Positions 60,907-64,000 of a stretch of DNA of 64,000 nucleotides are shown here, piece by piece; the stretch's first letter is position 1, and the number at the start of each line of letters is the position of its first letter. Location: assembly GCA_030390025.1 (NCBI GenBank), contig CM059432.1, forward strand, positions 16,122,001 through 16,186,000, in the 5' to 3' direction. A model generated the notes under the pieces. The model made no database searches and had not been told where the DNA came from. It saw only the letters and a program-made list of their open reading frames with translations. Source of the DNA: Squalus acanthias (Eukaryota). Position numbers and translations under genes: made by a program.

Positions 60907-61882
60907 CAACAACAACAACAACTACTTGTATTTATATAGCGCCTTTAACGTAGTAAAACGTCCCAAGGCGCTTCACAGGAGTATTAAAAGACCAAGGCCG
61001 GAATTTTGCCAGTCCTCAGAGTGCGGGATTGGAGGCGGGACCGCTGTCAAAATCGCAAAGATTGACAGCGGGTAGGAAACCCGCCTCCAATCAATCTTCC
61101 CAAGTGTCGGGTCCCTGATTTGCGCAAGGACCCGACACCTAGCGGCGGGAAGAGGATGATAGCCACTTACCAGCTGACCCGCTCCCAAGCCGCATCCATT
61201 TGCAAAATCACAGCCAAAAAATTTGACACCGAGCCACATAAGGAGAAATTAGGGCAGGTGACCAAAAGCTTGGTCAAAGAGGTAGGTTTTAAGGAGCGTC
61301 TTAAAGGAGGAAAGAGAGGTAGCGAGGCGGAGGGGTTTAGGCAGGGAATTCCAGAGCTTAGGGCCGAGGCAACAGAAAGCACGGCCACCAATGGTTGTGC
61401 GATTATAAACAGGGATGATCAAGAGGGCAGAATTAGAGGAGCGCAGATATCTCGGGGGGTTGTGGGGCTGGAGGAGATTACAGAGATAGGGAGGGCCGAG
61501 GCCATGGAGGGATTTGAAAACAAGGATGAGAATGTTGAAATCGAGGCGTTGCTTAATCGGGAGCCAATGTAGGTCAGCAAGCACAGGGGTGATGGGTGAA
61601 CGGGACTTGGTGCGAGTTAGGACACGGGCAGCCGAGTTTTGGATGACCTCAAGTTTACGTAGGGTAGAATGTGGGAGGCCAGCCAGGAGTACGTTGGAAT
61701 AGTCAAGTCTAGAGGTAACAAAGGCATGGATGAGGGTTTCAGCAGCGGATGAGCTGAGGCAAGGCCGGAGACGGGCGATGTTACGGAGGTGGAAATAGGC
61801 GGTTAGTTATGCTGCGGATATGTGGTCGGAAGCTCATTTCAGGGTCAAATATGACACCAAGGTTGCGAACAGTGTGGTTCAT
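60907..61882 (-). mobile_element. L2-clade LINE 3' end, split by a MITE
   Basis: [33 protein letters not shown]...LWNSLP; (ttg)n tail. Confidence 0.92.
60996..61215. mobile_element. Small Harbinger-like MITE
   Basis: Imperfect TIRs ggccggaattttgc / gcaaaatcacagcc; interrupts the L2 3'UTR. Confidence 0.7.
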
Positions 61883-62351
61883 TCAAAAGATATGGGGAGA
61901 AAATTGGGGTGAAAAAAGTGGTAGAAGTATGAATCTATCATGATGTTTATTACAATGATATTTTAAAGAAAAAGAAAGACATGCATTCATTTGCTTCACG
62001 ACCTCAGGACGTCCCAAAGCGCTTTACAGCCAATTAAATTTGGGAGAATTGGAAAAGTTTTATTTTCCTGCTGAACAGATTTATTGGGAGAATATACTTG
62101 GAACAATCCAAAAGCATTATTTTTGTGATAGGTTATTTTCACTACCCCTCCCGTTCTCAGCTCACTAAATTCCATCCCCCCTGTGCAAGTAACTCAGTGC
62201 AGCCTGGTGCCAAAGTCGCTGTGTGACAGACCATCAAGACATGAGTAAGAGTAATCAGGATGAACAATCATTCTGACATTCTCGGTGTCCTACCTCTTTG
62301 AGGTGATGCGTCACATTGCTAAATGCATCTGTCCCTATCAATTCATTTTAC

Positions 62352-63405
62352 TTACATAGACTTACATCGAATTTACAGCAGAGAAACAGGCCATTCAGCC
62401 CAAATGGTCCATGCCGATGTTTATGCTCCACACAGGCCTCCTCCCACCCTTACTTCATCTCAGCCTATCAGCATATCCTTCAATTCCTTTATCCCTCATG
62501 TAGTTATCTAGCTTCTGCTTAAATGCATCTATGCTATTCGCCTCAACCACTCCATGTGGTCATGAGTTCCACATTCTCACTGCTCTCTGAGTAAAGAGGG
62601 TTCTCCTGAATTCCCTATTGGATTTATTAGTGACTACCTATATATATGGCTCCTAGTTTTGGATTCCCGCACAAGTGGAAACATCTTCTCTATGTCTACC
62701 CGATCGAACCCCTTCATAATTTTAAAGAATGAGAATGAGAGGGGATCTCATTGAAATGTATAAAATTCTGACAGGGCTAGACAGACTGGATGCAGGGAGG
62801 ATGTTTCCCCTGGCTGGGGGGGCTCTAGAACGAGGGGTCACAGTCTCAGGATACGGGGTAGGGCATTTAGGACTGAGATGAGGAGAAATTTCTTCACTCA
62901 GAGGGTGGTGAACCTGTGGAATTCTCTACCACAGAAGGCTGTGGAGGCCAAGTCACTAAATATATTTAAGAAGGAGATAGATAGATTTCTAGACACAAAA
63001 GGCATCAAGGGGTATGGGGAGAGAGCGGGAATATGGTATTGAGATAGAGGATCAGCCATGATCATATTGAATGGCGGAGCAGGCTCGAAGGGCCGAATGG
63101 CCGACTCCTGCTCCTATTTTTCTATGTTTCTAAAGACTTCTATCAGGTCACCTCTCAGCCTTCTCTTTTCTAGATAAAAGAGCCTCAGTCTCTTCAGTCT
63201 TTCCTGATAGTTGTACCCCCTCCGTTCTGGTATCAAAACGTTTTGCACTTTCTCCAGTACTTTGACATCCTTTTAATAATCTGCAGACCAGAACTGTGCA
63301 CAGTACTCTAAGTGTGGTCTAATCAAGGTTCTAGTTAAGTTGAACATACAGTCTCTGCTTTTGAATTCTATTCCTCTAGCAATGAACCCCAGTGCTTTGT
63401 TTGCA
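62352..63405 (-). mobile_element. Older CR1 fragment (same subfamily as 18969-19682) with nested young CR1
   Basis: ANKALGFIARGIEFKSRD...RPHLEYCAQFWS; colinear after removing 62729-63130. Confidence 0.85.
62729..63130 (+). mobile_element. Young CR1 3' fragment
   Basis: Near-identical to 21044-21440; TSD taaaga (62723-62728 / 63131-63136). Confidence 0.93.
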
Positions 63406-64000
63406 ATTTTTATCTTAATTTTAATCAAAAGTAAATTTGAAAATATTAAAATCGTATTGTACCAGTTCATCCTGAGACAGATGCATATAGCATCTACTGC
63501 CGCACAAACCTTCTGCAGAAGCCAATATAACAGAACTGAGTGTGGTTTAAACAGAGTGCTGTGAGTTGGGTGAGTCAGGGAGTCTGGTGAGGAGTGGAAA
63601 GAGGAGCTCCCTTGCTTCGCCTTCGCCTTTGTTGGAGAGACACAGGCTGCGAGATTCTCAGCTCAGCTCAGCTCGGTGCTGTGTGAACGGGACTGAGTGC
63701 GGTTTGAAGAGTGCTGAGAAGAGGAGAGGAGAGGAGAGGTCTCTCTCTCTCTGTGCCTAGGAGGAGAAGAAGACAGAGCCACGAAGGGCAGAGTGGAGAC
63801 CCTTTCCACCTCCACCACGCCTGCTGCAGCTATTTCCACAACTACTGCTGAGGTGCCAGAAGGGAGAGGGGAGAGGGGAGAGGAGAGAGAGGAGAGGAGA
63901 CCAACAACAACAACAGAGGGAAGCCATTACATCACTGCCTCCCCAACTGGTCTCCATTACGAGAGAGGGAGAGAGGGGAGAACAAGACTACCATCTGCTT

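Overview
Repeat-dense vertebrate genomic DNA, almost certainly from a cartilaginous fish (shark). The taxon is inferred from HE1 V-SINEs, SacSINE1/Deu-domain SINEs and HER1/CR1-type LINEs. The only host coding sequence I can support is the first coding exon of an ARHGAP28-like RhoGAP gene on the minus strand (33876-33752, MEINDSGSVVLTAYHSY..., GTAAGC donor), which is too short for the ORF track. On that reading 1-33751 is intron 1 and about 34.1-64 kb is upstream or intergenic. The rest is a layered transposon record: CR1, L2 and RTE LINE fragments, four SINE families, PIF/Harbinger elements (three decayed copies retaining transposase and Myb/SANT partner remnants, plus many non-autonomous derivatives), TA-flanked pogo/Tigger-like MITEs, hAT MITEs, and Penelope-like retroelements. 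The most notable molecular signal is a set of minimal type-I hammerhead ribozyme motifs in Penelope-like insertions, two of which are long palindromes with target-site duplications (TSDs). I found no prokaryotic or CRISPR-type system and nothing I can show is wholly undescribed. Family and gene names come from recalled consensus sequences, not database searches. Boundaries of old elements are approximate.
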